From Candidatus Fimenecus sp. (lineage in GTDB: Bacteria > Bacillota > Clostridia > Oscillospirales > Acutalibacteraceae): DNA of 55,485 bases. Positions 45,484 to 53,671 of the stretch are shown piece after piece. The stretch lies in NCBI GenBank assembly GCA_052273845.1, contig DAVZHM010000001.1:1-55485 (forward strand), read 5' to 3'. Numbering within the stretch: the stretch's first letter is position 1; every line of letters begins with the position of its first letter. The notes under the pieces were generated by a model. The model was not told the origin of the DNA. It did not search any database and saw nothing but the letters and a program-made list of their open reading frames with translations. Position numbers and translations under genes: made by a program.

Positions 45484-47848
45484 AACGCTGAAAAACACAA
45501 GGCGTCAGGATAAGGAGCAATTAAAATCCATTCGCTTTACACAAAACTGCATTCCACTGGAGCAATTCTATGAGGATGGTATTTTTTTGGTACAGTCAGG
45601 TAAAAAGTACAATAATAAATACTCGGCTACATATCAACTTCAGGATATTTCTTACCTAACGCTTTCAGACGAAATGCAAAAACAGATTTTCTTTGCTTGG
45701 TCTGCGGTTCTTAACGCACTTGATCCCGGATCAACAAACAAAATCAATGTCATCAAACACAAAATCAGTACGGCGACCTTGGATCGGTTTATGATGCACA
45801 GCCAAAACCCGCAGTATGCAAAAATCCAAGCGGAGTATAACCGTATTTTAAAACAGCGGGCAATGCAGGGGAACGGAATGATTCAAGAGGTGTATCTAAC
45901 CATTTCCGTCAACAAAAAGGATATAGAATCTGCCCGTAGTTTCTTTTTGCGCTCAGCATCAACGCTGCAATCCCTGTTATTAAAGCTCGGCAGCGCCTGC
46001 CGCCAACTCTCGGGCAAGGAAAGGCTGGAGCTTCTGCGCGATATTTATCGGAGCGACAATGAAAATGAACCAACTTTCGATTTGCAACAGGCTTTACGCG
46101 GTGGGTCATCTGCCAAGAACTACATCTCTCCTGAAAGTATGGAGTTTGAAGCAGATTATTTTAAACTTGGCAAGGTTTATGGCCGCGCGCTTGTGTTGCA
46201 TAGCTATCCGACCTATCTCAAGGATTCTGTCGTTTCGGACCTGTGTGAACTCAACAGATGTCTGATATTCAGTATGGATATTATTCCCGTGCCAACAGAT
46301 GAAGCGGTACAGGAGGCGGAAAAACGCGCGACAAGTGTAGAATCAAACATCACAAAATGGTATCAAAGGCAATATAACAACAAGAATTTTGCCGCTGAAC
46401 TAACCTATGATCTGAAGCAACAGCGCGAACAAGCGCAGGAGTACCTAACAGATTTAACCGAGCGAGATCAGCATCTGATGTACGCAGTTGTGACGATGGT
46501 GCATTTTGCGGACTCTAAACAACAACTTGATGAAGATACCGAAAGTATTTTGGCAACAGCACGCAGTAGCGTACAATGCCGTATGCAGGTGCTTCGCTGG
46601 CAACAGTTGGATGGCTTAAATACGGCTCTGCCGCTGGGCGTCCGTAGGATTGAGGATATAATGTCCCTAACCACCGAGGGCGTTGCAGGCTTTATACCGT
46701 TTAAGTCGACCGAAATTCAGCAGGCGCACGGCTTTTGTTATGGGCAAAATCAAATTTCCCGCAATCTCATTATGATTGATCCGAGAAATCAGCAATCGGC
46801 AAACAGCGTTATTTGCGGTCGTCCGGGATCAGGAAAATCTATGCTCGAAAAATGGATTGCTCTGAATAAAATTCTCGCGACTGTAAACGACCGTCATATC
46901 ATACTTATTATCGATCCGGAACGGGAATATGCACCACTTGTAAAAGCATTGGGAGGTGAAGTAGTTTACCTTTCAGCACAAAGCAAAACATATGTAAATG
47001 CAATGGGCGTAAGTAGTGGGTATGACAAATCTGAAAATCCGATTATCGACAAGGCGGAATTTATGCTCTCGCTTTGTGAACAGCTAATGTATCCGACGAT
47101 TATCGGACCGAAGCAAAAGTCTTTGATTGACCGTTGCACAGAGCTTGTTCTTCGGAATTATGTTCGGGGCGGCTGTGTAGGTGATGCGCCGACCTTGAAA
47201 GACTTTTACGAATGTATGAGAGCTCAGCCCGAAGAAGAAGCAAAAGATATTGCTCTGTCATTGGAATTATATGCAACAGGCTCCCTGTCTGTCTTTGCAA
47301 ATCAAACCAATGTAAATATGGACAATCACATTATTTGCTTCGATATTCACGATTTAAGTGAAAGCTTGACGGGTATAGCAATGCTCATTCTGTTTGACCA
47401 TATTCAGAATAGGATGATCCACAACCGAGCAAATGGGATTACGACCAGTATTGTTGCCGACGAATTCTATATGATGCTTTTGCGGGAATATACTGCAAAT
47501 TTCTTTTTCCGTTGCTGGAAACGCGGAAGGAAATATGACTGTGATTTCTGCGGCATTACGCAGAATGTGGAAGATTTGCTCCGAAGCCCGAACGGGCGCG
47601 CGATTCTATCCACTTCGGAGCTGATTATTATGCTCAACCAAGCGCCGTTGGACTGTGAACAGTTGTCCGAACTGCTTGACATCAGCGAAAACCAGCAGGA
47701 ATACATCACCAATGCAAAGCCGGGTTCGGGGCTGATTAAGGTCGGCGGTACACTGATTCCGTTTGAAAATGATATTCCGAAGGACACAGAAATCTATAAA
47801 TTGCTCACTACAAAGCCCGGTGAAGCTATTTATGATATTGGTGTGTGA
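45476..47848 (+). CDS. VirB4-family T4SS ATPase
   Basis: Walker A is GRPGSGKSM and the Walker B-like motif is SIVADEFYMML. At 790 aa it has the typical size. Confidence 0.9.
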   Translation: MSKTLKNTRRQDKEQLKSIRFTQNCIPLEQFYEDGIFLVQSGKKYNNKYSATYQLQDISYLTLSDEMQKQIFFAWSAVLNALDPGSTNKINVIKHKISTATLDRFMMHSQNPQYAKIQAEYNRILKQRAMQGNGMIQEVYLTISVNKKDIESARSFFLRSASTLQSLLLKLGSACRQLSGKERLELLRDIYRSDNENEPTFDLQQALRGGSSAKNYISPESMEFEADYFKLGKVYGRALVLHSYPTYLKDSVVSDLCELNRCLIFSMDIIPVPTDEAVQEAEKRATSVESNITKWYQRQYNNKNFAAELTYDLKQQREQAQEYLTDLTERDQHLMYAVVTMVHFADSKQQLDEDTESILATARSSVQCRMQVLRWQQLDGLNTALPLGVRRIEDIMSLTTEGVAGFIPFKSTEIQQAHGFCYGQNQISRNLIMIDPRNQQSANSVICGRPGSGKSMLEKWIALNKILATVNDRHIILIIDPEREYAPLVKALGGEVVYLSAQSKTYVNAMGVSSGYDKSENPIIDKAEFMLSLCEQLMYPTIIGPKQKSLIDRCTELVLRNYVRGGCVGDAPTLKDFYECMRAQPEEEAKDIALSLELYATGSLSVFANQTNVNMDNHIICFDIHDLSESLTGIAMLILFDHIQNRMIHNRANGITTSIVADEFYMMLLREYTANFFFRCWKRGRKYDCDFCGITQNVEDLLRSPNGRAILSTSELIIMLNQAPLDCEQLSELLDISENQQEYITNAKPGSGLIKVGGTLIPFENDIPKDTEIYKLLTTKPGEAIYDIGV

Positions 47849-47851
47849 GTT

Positions 47852-49399
47852 ATGGCAAAGGATATAAAGACACGGAAGAAACAGCCTAAGACAATCAAAA
47901 CTATGAAGGGAACGGTCAAGAACCTTGACCGTTCCCTTCGTGCCGGCAGAGATATAAAAGAAATATCTGAGAGGGTGCTTTCGCAGGATACTCCCGATAA
48001 TGCTCCTGCCGAACTGTTGCAATCTGGTGAACGCTGGGGTGCAGAATTTGCAGGACGCAAAACTACAAAGACCGCATATCGTTCTGCCCGCAGCGCTGTG
48101 TCCGTAAAACAGAGAACCTCCGCCGCGCGGGAAAGCTTCCAAACTGCAAAAGCAACTTTTAAAGAATCACGCTCTGCTATAAGGGCGGAAATCAAATCTG
48201 TTAAGACATCTGTAAAAACTGCACGAAACACGATAAAAACAGCAAACAGCGCAAGAAAAGCAGGATCTTCCGCTGCAAAAGGAGCAAGCACCGCCGCAAA
48301 GGGGTCTTTCCAAGCGGCAAAAGCAGTTGCGAAAACCACATTTTATGCTGCAAAGGTTACTGCAAAAGCGTTTGCGGCGGCGATTAAAACTGCTGTAGAA
48401 GCTATTTCGGCATCAGTAGAAGCAATCGGTGCGTTCCTTGCCGCAGGCGGCTGGATTGTTCTCGTTGCAATTTTGATTGTGGTTATACTTGCCGCCCTTT
48501 TCAGCTCGGCTTTCGGTATTCATTTTGCTGACGATGCGAATCCAAACGCGCTGTCAACGGTGCAACAAGAAATAAATCGGGAGTTTTCTGAAAAATTGAG
48601 CGAGCAAAAAGCGCTGTTACAGGGCTATGACCGAATCGTTGTTCGCCCTGCTCCATCTGTCACAAAGTGGAACGAAATCCTTGCTGTTTATTCCACCCGC
48701 GCGCAAAATGAAAACCTTGTACCCATTGAAATGAATGAACAAACTGAGTCACTTCTACGGGATACAATGTGGAATATGATTTCTTTTTCAGTTTCCTCCG
48801 AAACGGTAACCTCGGTTGAATCAGATGAAGCTGGGAACAGTATTACTGTTACAGAAGCCTATGGTGTAGTTACTGTGATGTATAAAAGCACAGAGGAAAT
48901 GGCTACGCTTTATCAATTTTCCGATGGTGACCGAGAGACGCTCTCTCAAGTGCTTTCTATGTACGCCGATTTTGGAGGGATAACCGTAGGCAACGCAGGA
49001 AACGGCAGATTGATAAATCCGTGTCCTGACGGACATTTTAACGGTAATGACTTTCCTGCCTATGCGGGAAGTGGAGAGTACCACGCGGGACGCGACATCT
49101 CTTGTCCCATTGGTACACCAATTTATGCGGCTGCGGACGGAACGGTTATACATATTAACGACCAAGCGGAGACTTATGGAAATCATATTATGATTTCGCA
49201 CAGCGATGAAATATACACCCTATATGCTCACTGTGATTCTTTGCTTGTATCAGTCGGACAAGATGTGAAACAAGGACAACAAATCGCTTGGAGTGGTGCG
49301 ACAGGCAATGTAACCGGTACTCATCTGCATTTTGAAGTCCGCGTCGGCGGTTCAAAATACCGCGTGAACAATGTTGATCCATTGGATTGGATCGCCTAA
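47852..49399 (+). CDS. Membrane-anchored M23-family peptidoglycan metallopeptidase (T4SS cell-wall hydrolase)
   Basis: HAGRDIS, GNHIMISH and THLHFEV are the M23 motifs. The N-terminal half is Ala/Lys-rich and contains a TM helix. Confidence 0.85.
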   Translation: MAKDIKTRKKQPKTIKTMKGTVKNLDRSLRAGRDIKEISERVLSQDTPDNAPAELLQSGERWGAEFAGRKTTKTAYRSARSAVSVKQRTSAARESFQTAKATFKESRSAIRAEIKSVKTSVKTARNTIKTANSARKAGSSAAKGASTAAKGSFQAAKAVAKTTFYAAKVTAKAFAAAIKTAVEAISASVEAIGAFLAAGGWIVLVAILIVVILAALFSSAFGIHFADDANPNALSTVQQEINREFSEKLSEQKALLQGYDRIVVRPAPSVTKWNEILAVYSTRAQNENLVPIEMNEQTESLLRDTMWNMISFSVSSETVTSVESDEAGNSITVTEAYGVVTVMYKSTEEMATLYQFSDGDRETLSQVLSMYADFGGITVGNAGNGRLINPCPDGHFNGNDFPAYAGSGEYHAGRDISCPIGTPIYAAADGTVIHINDQAETYGNHIMISHSDEIYTLYAHCDSLLVSVGQDVKQGQQIAWSGATGNVTGTHLHFEVRVGGSKYRVNNVDPLDWIA

Positions 49400-49400
49400 A

Positions 49401-49461
49401 GAAATTGGCATCTTAGCCGCAAGCTCGCTATGAGCGAGTTGTCGGCCGAGATGCCAATTTC
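49401..49461. repeat. 61-nt nested imperfect palindrome directly after the last T4SS gene
   Basis: GAAATTGGCATCT pairs with AGATGCCAATTTC (13 bp). Inner pairs are GCCG/CGGC and CTCGC/GCGAG. No T-tract follows directly; a weaker hairpin with TTTT follows at 49466-49488. Confidence 0.6.
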
Positions 49462-49537
49462 CAAAAGACTTGATACACAAGACTTTTTCACTCTACAAAA
49501 AATTGCTTTTTAGGAAAAAATCGTATTATGCAATTCA

Positions 49538-49579
49538 AAAATTCGCACATTTGCGATATACATTTGTATGTGATAAGAT
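49538..49579 (+). promoter_or_regulatory. Outward-facing sigma-A-type promoter, paralogous to the 13.4-kb promoter
   Basis: The shared box AAAATTCGCACATTTG is present. It then reads TTGCGA, 17 nt, TGaTAAGAT (extended -10). Confidence 0.5.
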
Positions 49580-49585
49580 ATATAT

Positions 49586-50038
49586 TGATGTAAGTAGTGA
49601 GATACTTATGTCGTTGCCAAACCTACCGGCGATGAGCAGAAATTGTTCTCTATTTACATCAGTTTATATCGAACCTTGACAACCGCATATCAAAGCAATG
49701 GTGACATTCCGCTGTAAACGAGCTGTTCCGAGCGCGCCGCCAAGACTGCCTGTTCTTATTTGAATACAAAACGCGTAAGGCTTCAGATGAAACCCTACGA
49801 ACGGAAAGGCACGAGCAGAAACATCGTGTTCGGATTTATAACGGTGACTCCGTTAGAGAGCGAAGACTTTACAGCAGGGACAATGATACTTCCTTCGGTC
49901 GTAGGTCGAGCGTGAACGAACCGTCGCAACCCGCGAGAACGGCTGCGAGAAACCCTCGCAGAGGAGATAAAACAATCCTATGAGGATGTCGCGTCAACAT
50001 CCCGCCGTTGTTTTTAACGGGGGTCAACTTATTTTTTT
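49586..50038 (+). ncRNA. Candidate ~450-nt structured non-coding transcript at the right end of the element (family unknown)
   Basis: No ORF of 60 aa or more lies within about 49680-50028 in any frame, even though this stretch is GC-richer than its surroundings. Several local hairpins are visible: CGAAC..CACGA-9-TCGTG-TTCG, AACGG-5-CCGTT, GCGAG-5-CTCGC and GGATGT-7-ACATCC. The terminal hairpin CCCGCCGTT-6-AACGGGGG with a T-run overlaps the IRR. Confidence 0.4.
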
Positions 50039-50046
50039 AATTCACC
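50019..50046. repeat. Right terminal inverted repeat (IRR)
   Basis: The plus strand reads GGGGGTCAACTTATTTTTTTAATTCACC. Its reverse complement matches IRL at 26 of 28 positions. Confidence 0.85.
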
Positions 50047-50059
50047 GAATTTGCCGAAC
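50047..50059. repeat. Right copy of the 13-bp direct repeat GAATTTGCCGAAC
   Basis: It is identical to 6035-6047 and directly abuts the outer end of the IRR. Confidence 0.85.
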
Positions 50060-50065
50060 TCGCAT

Positions 50066-50098
50066 ATAAAAAGCACCCGTCTTATAGGGGACGGGTGC
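50066..50098 (-). terminator. Intrinsic terminator of the hydrogenase operon
   Basis: On the minus strand the hairpin is GCACCCGTC-8-GACGGGTGC, followed by TTTTT. It lies 19 nt after the hydA stop. Confidence 0.8.
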
Positions 50099-50116
50099 TC
50101 CAATCGGTTTGTGCGA

Positions 50117-51859
50117 TTAGTTGTACTTTTTACGCGCGATGTAAGAGGTGTGCAGAACCTCGTGCGCCTTGTGGTTGCCGGGTTCACCCAAAAATTCGCT
50201 GTAAAGTTCCTTGATGGTTTCGTTTTCGTGCGATTTGCGTTTGGCATTCGCCGCGTCTGCCGAATAAAGTGCTTCGGCGCGTCTTGCTTTCAAATCGACG
50301 AAGTTGCGCACCACGGCGTGTTGAATCGGCTGACCGCCGCCGTTGATGCAGCCGCCGGGGCAGCCCATAATTTCAATGAATTGATAATCCGCGGTGCCGT
50401 CTTTGATTTTGTCAAGCAATACTTTGGCGTTCTTGGTGCCGCTTGCAACCGCAACTTTGACTTTCATGCCCGCCACATCGTATTCGGCTTCTTTGATGTT
50501 CTGCATACCGCGAACTTCTTTGAAGTCTACGCTTTCGAGCTCTTTGCCGGTCAGGGTTTCCACCGCGGTACGAAGTGCCGCTTCCATAACGCCGCCCGTT
50601 GCACCGAAAATGGTTGCCGCGCCGGTGGACTCACCGAACGGAATGTCGAATTTTTCATCGGGCAGGTGCTTAAAGAAGATGCCTGCGCTTTCAATCATAC
50701 GGGCGAGTTCGCGCGTGGTGATGGCAATATCCACATCCGGATACCCCGAAGCCGCCTGGTCGGGACGCTTGGTCTCGAATTTCTTTGCGGTGCAGGGCAT
50801 AACGCCGACCACAACCATATCTTTCGGGTCCATACCGAGTTTCTGCGCGTAATAGGTTTTCATGGTCGCGCCGAACATCTGCTGCGGAGATTTGCAGGTG
50901 GACAGATGCGGAATGAGTTCCGGATAATAGTGTTCGCAGTATTTAATCCAACCGGGCGAGCAGGAGGTAATCATCGGCAGTACGCCGCCGTTCTGCACGC
51001 GGTCTAAGAATTCGTGCGCTTCTTCCATAATGGTCAGGTCTGCCGCGAAATCGGTGTCAAACACCTTGTCGAAGCCGAGACGGCGCAAAGCCGCAACCAT
51101 TTTGCCTTCCACATTGGTGCCGATGTGCATGCCGAATGCTTCGCCGAGCGTGGCACGAATGGACGGTGCGGTGTTGACGATGACGAACTTGTCGGGGTCG
51201 TTAATGGCTTCGAGCACCTTGTCGGTGTCGTCTTTTTCAACAATCGCGCCGGTCGGGCAGTTCACGATGCATTGCCCGCAGGAAATGCAGGATACATCTG
51301 CCAAATCCTTATCGAACGCAGAACTGATGTGCGTGTCAAAACCACGGGCGTTCGCGCCGATTACGGAAATGCCCTGTGCGTCGCACGCCGCTACACAACG
51401 GCGGCAAAGAATGCACTTGTTGTTGTCGCGCACCATATGTGCGGCGGAATCGTCGAAATCGTAGTGGATGGTTTCGCCTGCGAACGCGTTTTCATCGTCC
51501 ACGCCGAATTCCTTGCACAATGCCTGCAATTCGCAGTTGCCGCTGCGCACGCAGGAAAGACATTTTTTGTCGTGGGTGGAAAGAATCAACTCAAGCGTGG
51601 TTTTGCGCGAATGACGCACACGCTCGGTGTTGGTGAAGATTTCCATCCCTTCGTTTACGGGGTAAACGCAGGCGGTCACAAGACTTCTTGCGCCCTTGAC
51701 TTCCACCATGCAAATACGGCAGGCGCCGATTTCGTTGATGTCTTTCAAATAGCAAAGGGTAGGAATTTCAATGCCGGCAAATCTTGCCGCTTCCAAAATT
51801 GAAATACCCTTCGGCACGCTCAAGGGCATGCCGTTGATTTGAATATTTACAGTTTCCAT
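50117..51859 (-). CDS. hydA: [FeFe] hydrogenase catalytic subunit (multimeric, NuoG-like N-terminus)
   Basis: There is an N-terminal 2Fe-2S ferredoxin-like region. The H-cluster motifs are TSCSPGW, MPCTAKKFE and EIMGCPGGCINGGGQP. The ATG at 51859 lies 8 nt after AAGGAG. Confidence 0.9.
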   Translation of the reverse strand: METVNIQINGMPLSVPKGISILEAARFAGIEIPTLCYLKDINEIGACRICMVEVKGARSLVTACVYPVNEGMEIFTNTERVRHSRKTTLELILSTHDKKCLSCVRSGNCELQALCKEFGVDDENAFAGETIHYDFDDSAAHMVRDNNKCILCRRCVAACDAQGISVIGANARGFDTHISSAFDKDLADVSCISCGQCIVNCPTGAIVEKDDTDKVLEAINDPDKFVIVNTAPSIRATLGEAFGMHIGTNVEGKMVAALRRLGFDKVFDTDFAADLTIMEEAHEFLDRVQNGGVLPMITSCSPGWIKYCEHYYPELIPHLSTCKSPQQMFGATMKTYYAQKLGMDPKDMVVVGVMPCTAKKFETKRPDQAASGYPDVDIAITTRELARMIESAGIFFKHLPDEKFDIPFGESTGAATIFGATGGVMEAALRTAVETLTGKELESVDFKEVRGMQNIKEAEYDVAGMKVKVAVASGTKNAKVLLDKIKDGTADYQFIEIMGCPGGCINGGGQPIQHAVVRNFVDLKARRAEALYSADAANAKRKSHENETIKELYSEFLGEPGNHKAHEVLHTSYIARKKYN

Positions 51860-51871
51860 TTGGCACACTCC

Positions 51872-53659
51872 TTATTTCTTCACAATCGCACCGAATTTGC
51901 AGGTCTCCATGCAGACGCCGCATTTGATGCACTTGTCGGTATGAATGGTATGTACTTCTTTGACGTTGCCTTCGATAGCACCCGCCGGGCACTTTCTCGC
52001 GCAAGCGGTACAACCGCGGCACTTGTCGGCGTCGATGGAATAGGTCATCAACGCTTTGCAGACGCCTGCGGGGCATTTCTTATCCTGAATGTGCGCCACA
52101 TATTCCTCGCGGAAAAACTTGAGCGTTGCAAGTACGGGGTTGGGTGCCGTTTGCCCCAAACCGCACAGGGAGTTCGCCTTGATGTAGTGGCACAAATCTT
52201 CCAATTTGTCCAAATCTTCCATCGTGGCTTTGCCCGCGGTGATTTTGTCAAGCATTTCGAGCAAGCGTTTGGTACCGACGCGGCAGGGTGTGCACTTGCC
52301 GCAGGACTCGTCAACCGTGAAGTTCAAGAAGAACTTCGCAATGTCAACCATGCAGTTGTCCTCGTCCATAACGATTAAGCCGCCCGAACCCATCATACAA
52401 CCGATGGCGGTCAAGTTGTCATAGTCAATGGGGGTATCCATAAGCGAAGCGGGAATACAGCCGCCGGAGGGGCCGCCCGTCTGTGCCGCTTTGAATTTTT
52501 TACCGTTCGGAATACCGCCGCCGATTTCCTCAATGATTTCACGCAAGGTGGTACCCATCGGGATTTCCACAAGACCGGTATTCTTGATTTTACCGCCGAG
52601 CGCAAAAACTTTGGTGCCCTTGGATTTTTCCGTACCCATCGAAGCGAACCAATCCGCGCCCTTCAAGATGATTTGCGGCACATTTGCAAAGGTTTCCACA
52701 TTGTTTTCGGTGGTGGGTTTGGCGAACAAACCTTTGACCGCCGGATAGGGCGGACGGGGTCTCGGCTCACCGCGGTTGCCCTCAATAGAGGTCATCAACG
52801 CGGTTTCTTCACCGCAGACGAATGCGCCTGCGCCCAAACGCACGTGCAAATCGAAATCAAAGCCGCTGTCAAAAATATTTTTGCCCAACAGCCCGTATTC
52901 GCGTGCCTGCTCAATCGCCTTTTGCAAGCGTTTTACGGCGATGGGGTACTCAGCACGCACATAGACATAGCCTTCGCTCGCGCCGGTCGCGTAACCGCAG
53001 ATTGCCATAGCTTCCACGATGCAGTGCGGGTCGCCTTCCAAAACGGAACGGTCCATAAATGCGCCGGGGTCGCCCTCGTCCGCGTTGCAGACTACGTATT
53101 TTTGGTCAGCCGCGTTTGCCGCTGTGAAACTCCATTTTAAGCCGGTCGGGAATCCGCCGCCGCCTCTGCCGCGAAGCCCTGAATCTTTAATAATTTGCAC
53201 AACCTGCTCGGGAGAGTATTCCTTCAAGCATTTTGCAAGAGCCATGTAGCCGTCAAACGCGATGTATTCCTCAATGTTTTCGGGGTCAATCACGCCGCAG
53301 TTGCGAAGCGCCACACGGTGCTGTTTTTTGTAGAAATCGGTTTCCTGCAACGATTTGACATCGTCCATAGTGACGGTCTCATCATAAAGCAGGCGTTTTA
53401 CAAGTCTGCCCTTTAACAGATGTTCCTCAACGATTTCGGGAACATCATCCACTTTAACCTGGCTGTAAAAACTGCCTTCGGGGTAGACAATCATAATGGG
53501 GCCCAAAGCGCAAAGACCGAAGCAGCCCGTACGGACAACTTTGACTTCATCCTGCAAGCCCTTTTTTGCGATTTCGGCTTCGAGTGCATCAATAATCGCA
53601 AGGCTGTTTGAAGAGGTACAACCGGTACCGCCGCAAACCAGAACATGGGAACGATACAT
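51872..53659 (-). CDS. hydB: NuoF-like NAD(P)H-binding flavoprotein subunit of the hydrogenase
   Basis: GLRGRGGGGFPTGLKW is the FMN/NADH site. It has an N-terminal thioredoxin-like 2Fe-2S region and C-terminal 2x[4Fe-4S] CxxCxxCxxxC motifs. Confidence 0.9.
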   Translation of the reverse strand: MYRSHVLVCGGTGCTSSNSLAIIDALEAEIAKKGLQDEVKVVRTGCFGLCALGPIMIVYPEGSFYSQVKVDDVPEIVEEHLLKGRLVKRLLYDETVTMDDVKSLQETDFYKKQHRVALRNCGVIDPENIEEYIAFDGYMALAKCLKEYSPEQVVQIIKDSGLRGRGGGGFPTGLKWSFTAANAADQKYVVCNADEGDPGAFMDRSVLEGDPHCIVEAMAICGYATGASEGYVYVRAEYPIAVKRLQKAIEQAREYGLLGKNIFDSGFDFDLHVRLGAGAFVCGEETALMTSIEGNRGEPRPRPPYPAVKGLFAKPTTENNVETFANVPQIILKGADWFASMGTEKSKGTKVFALGGKIKNTGLVEIPMGTTLREIIEEIGGGIPNGKKFKAAQTGGPSGGCIPASLMDTPIDYDNLTAIGCMMGSGGLIVMDEDNCMVDIAKFFLNFTVDESCGKCTPCRVGTKRLLEMLDKITAGKATMEDLDKLEDLCHYIKANSLCGLGQTAPNPVLATLKFFREEYVAHIQDKKCPAGVCKALMTYSIDADKCRGCTACARKCPAGAIEGNVKEVHTIHTDKCIKCGVCMETCKFGAIVKK

Positions 53660-53671
53660 TGTTTTTCCTCC

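Larger units (their letters stand above)
6048..50046. mobile_element. 43,999-bp transposon-type integrative conjugative element (IS30-family DDE transposase, partition/replication, surface proteins, relaxosome, T4SS)
   Basis: It has 28-bp terminal inverted repeats flanked by 13-bp direct repeats. It is visibly more AT-rich than both flanks. The flanks join into one plausible intergenic region when the element is removed. Confidence 0.85.

Noticed and set aside
49470-49679. A 69-aa ORF in the right-end spacer, including a 23-codon ATG-initiated tail at 49608-49679.
   Set aside because: It has no convincing Shine-Dalgarno sequence. The ORF runs through the predicted promoter, and its sequence is low-complexity and hydrophobic with no recognisable features. 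A short leader peptide cannot be excluded.
49840-49847. The 8-mer AACGGTGA in the right-end non-coding region is identical to the left junction of the duplication and IRL (6045-6052). This hinted at a guide-RNA-like match to the element end or target.
   Set aside because: A single 8-nt match in about 450 nt, chosen after the fact among many possible comparisons, is not statistically meaningful. It lies in the stem-loop of a local hairpin, and no matching second segment was found.
49680-50030. tRNA, tmRNA, RNase P, SRP or 6S RNA, or a riboswitch, as the identity of the structured right-end region. This would also have suggested an RNA gene as the integration target.
   Set aside because: I found no T-loop (GGTTCGAATCC-like) or CCA-end features. 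I found no RNase P GAGGAAAGTCC box, no B12, T-box, SAM or other riboswitch cores that I can recall, and no downstream plus-strand gene to regulate. The region also lies inside the inverted repeats, not in the flank.
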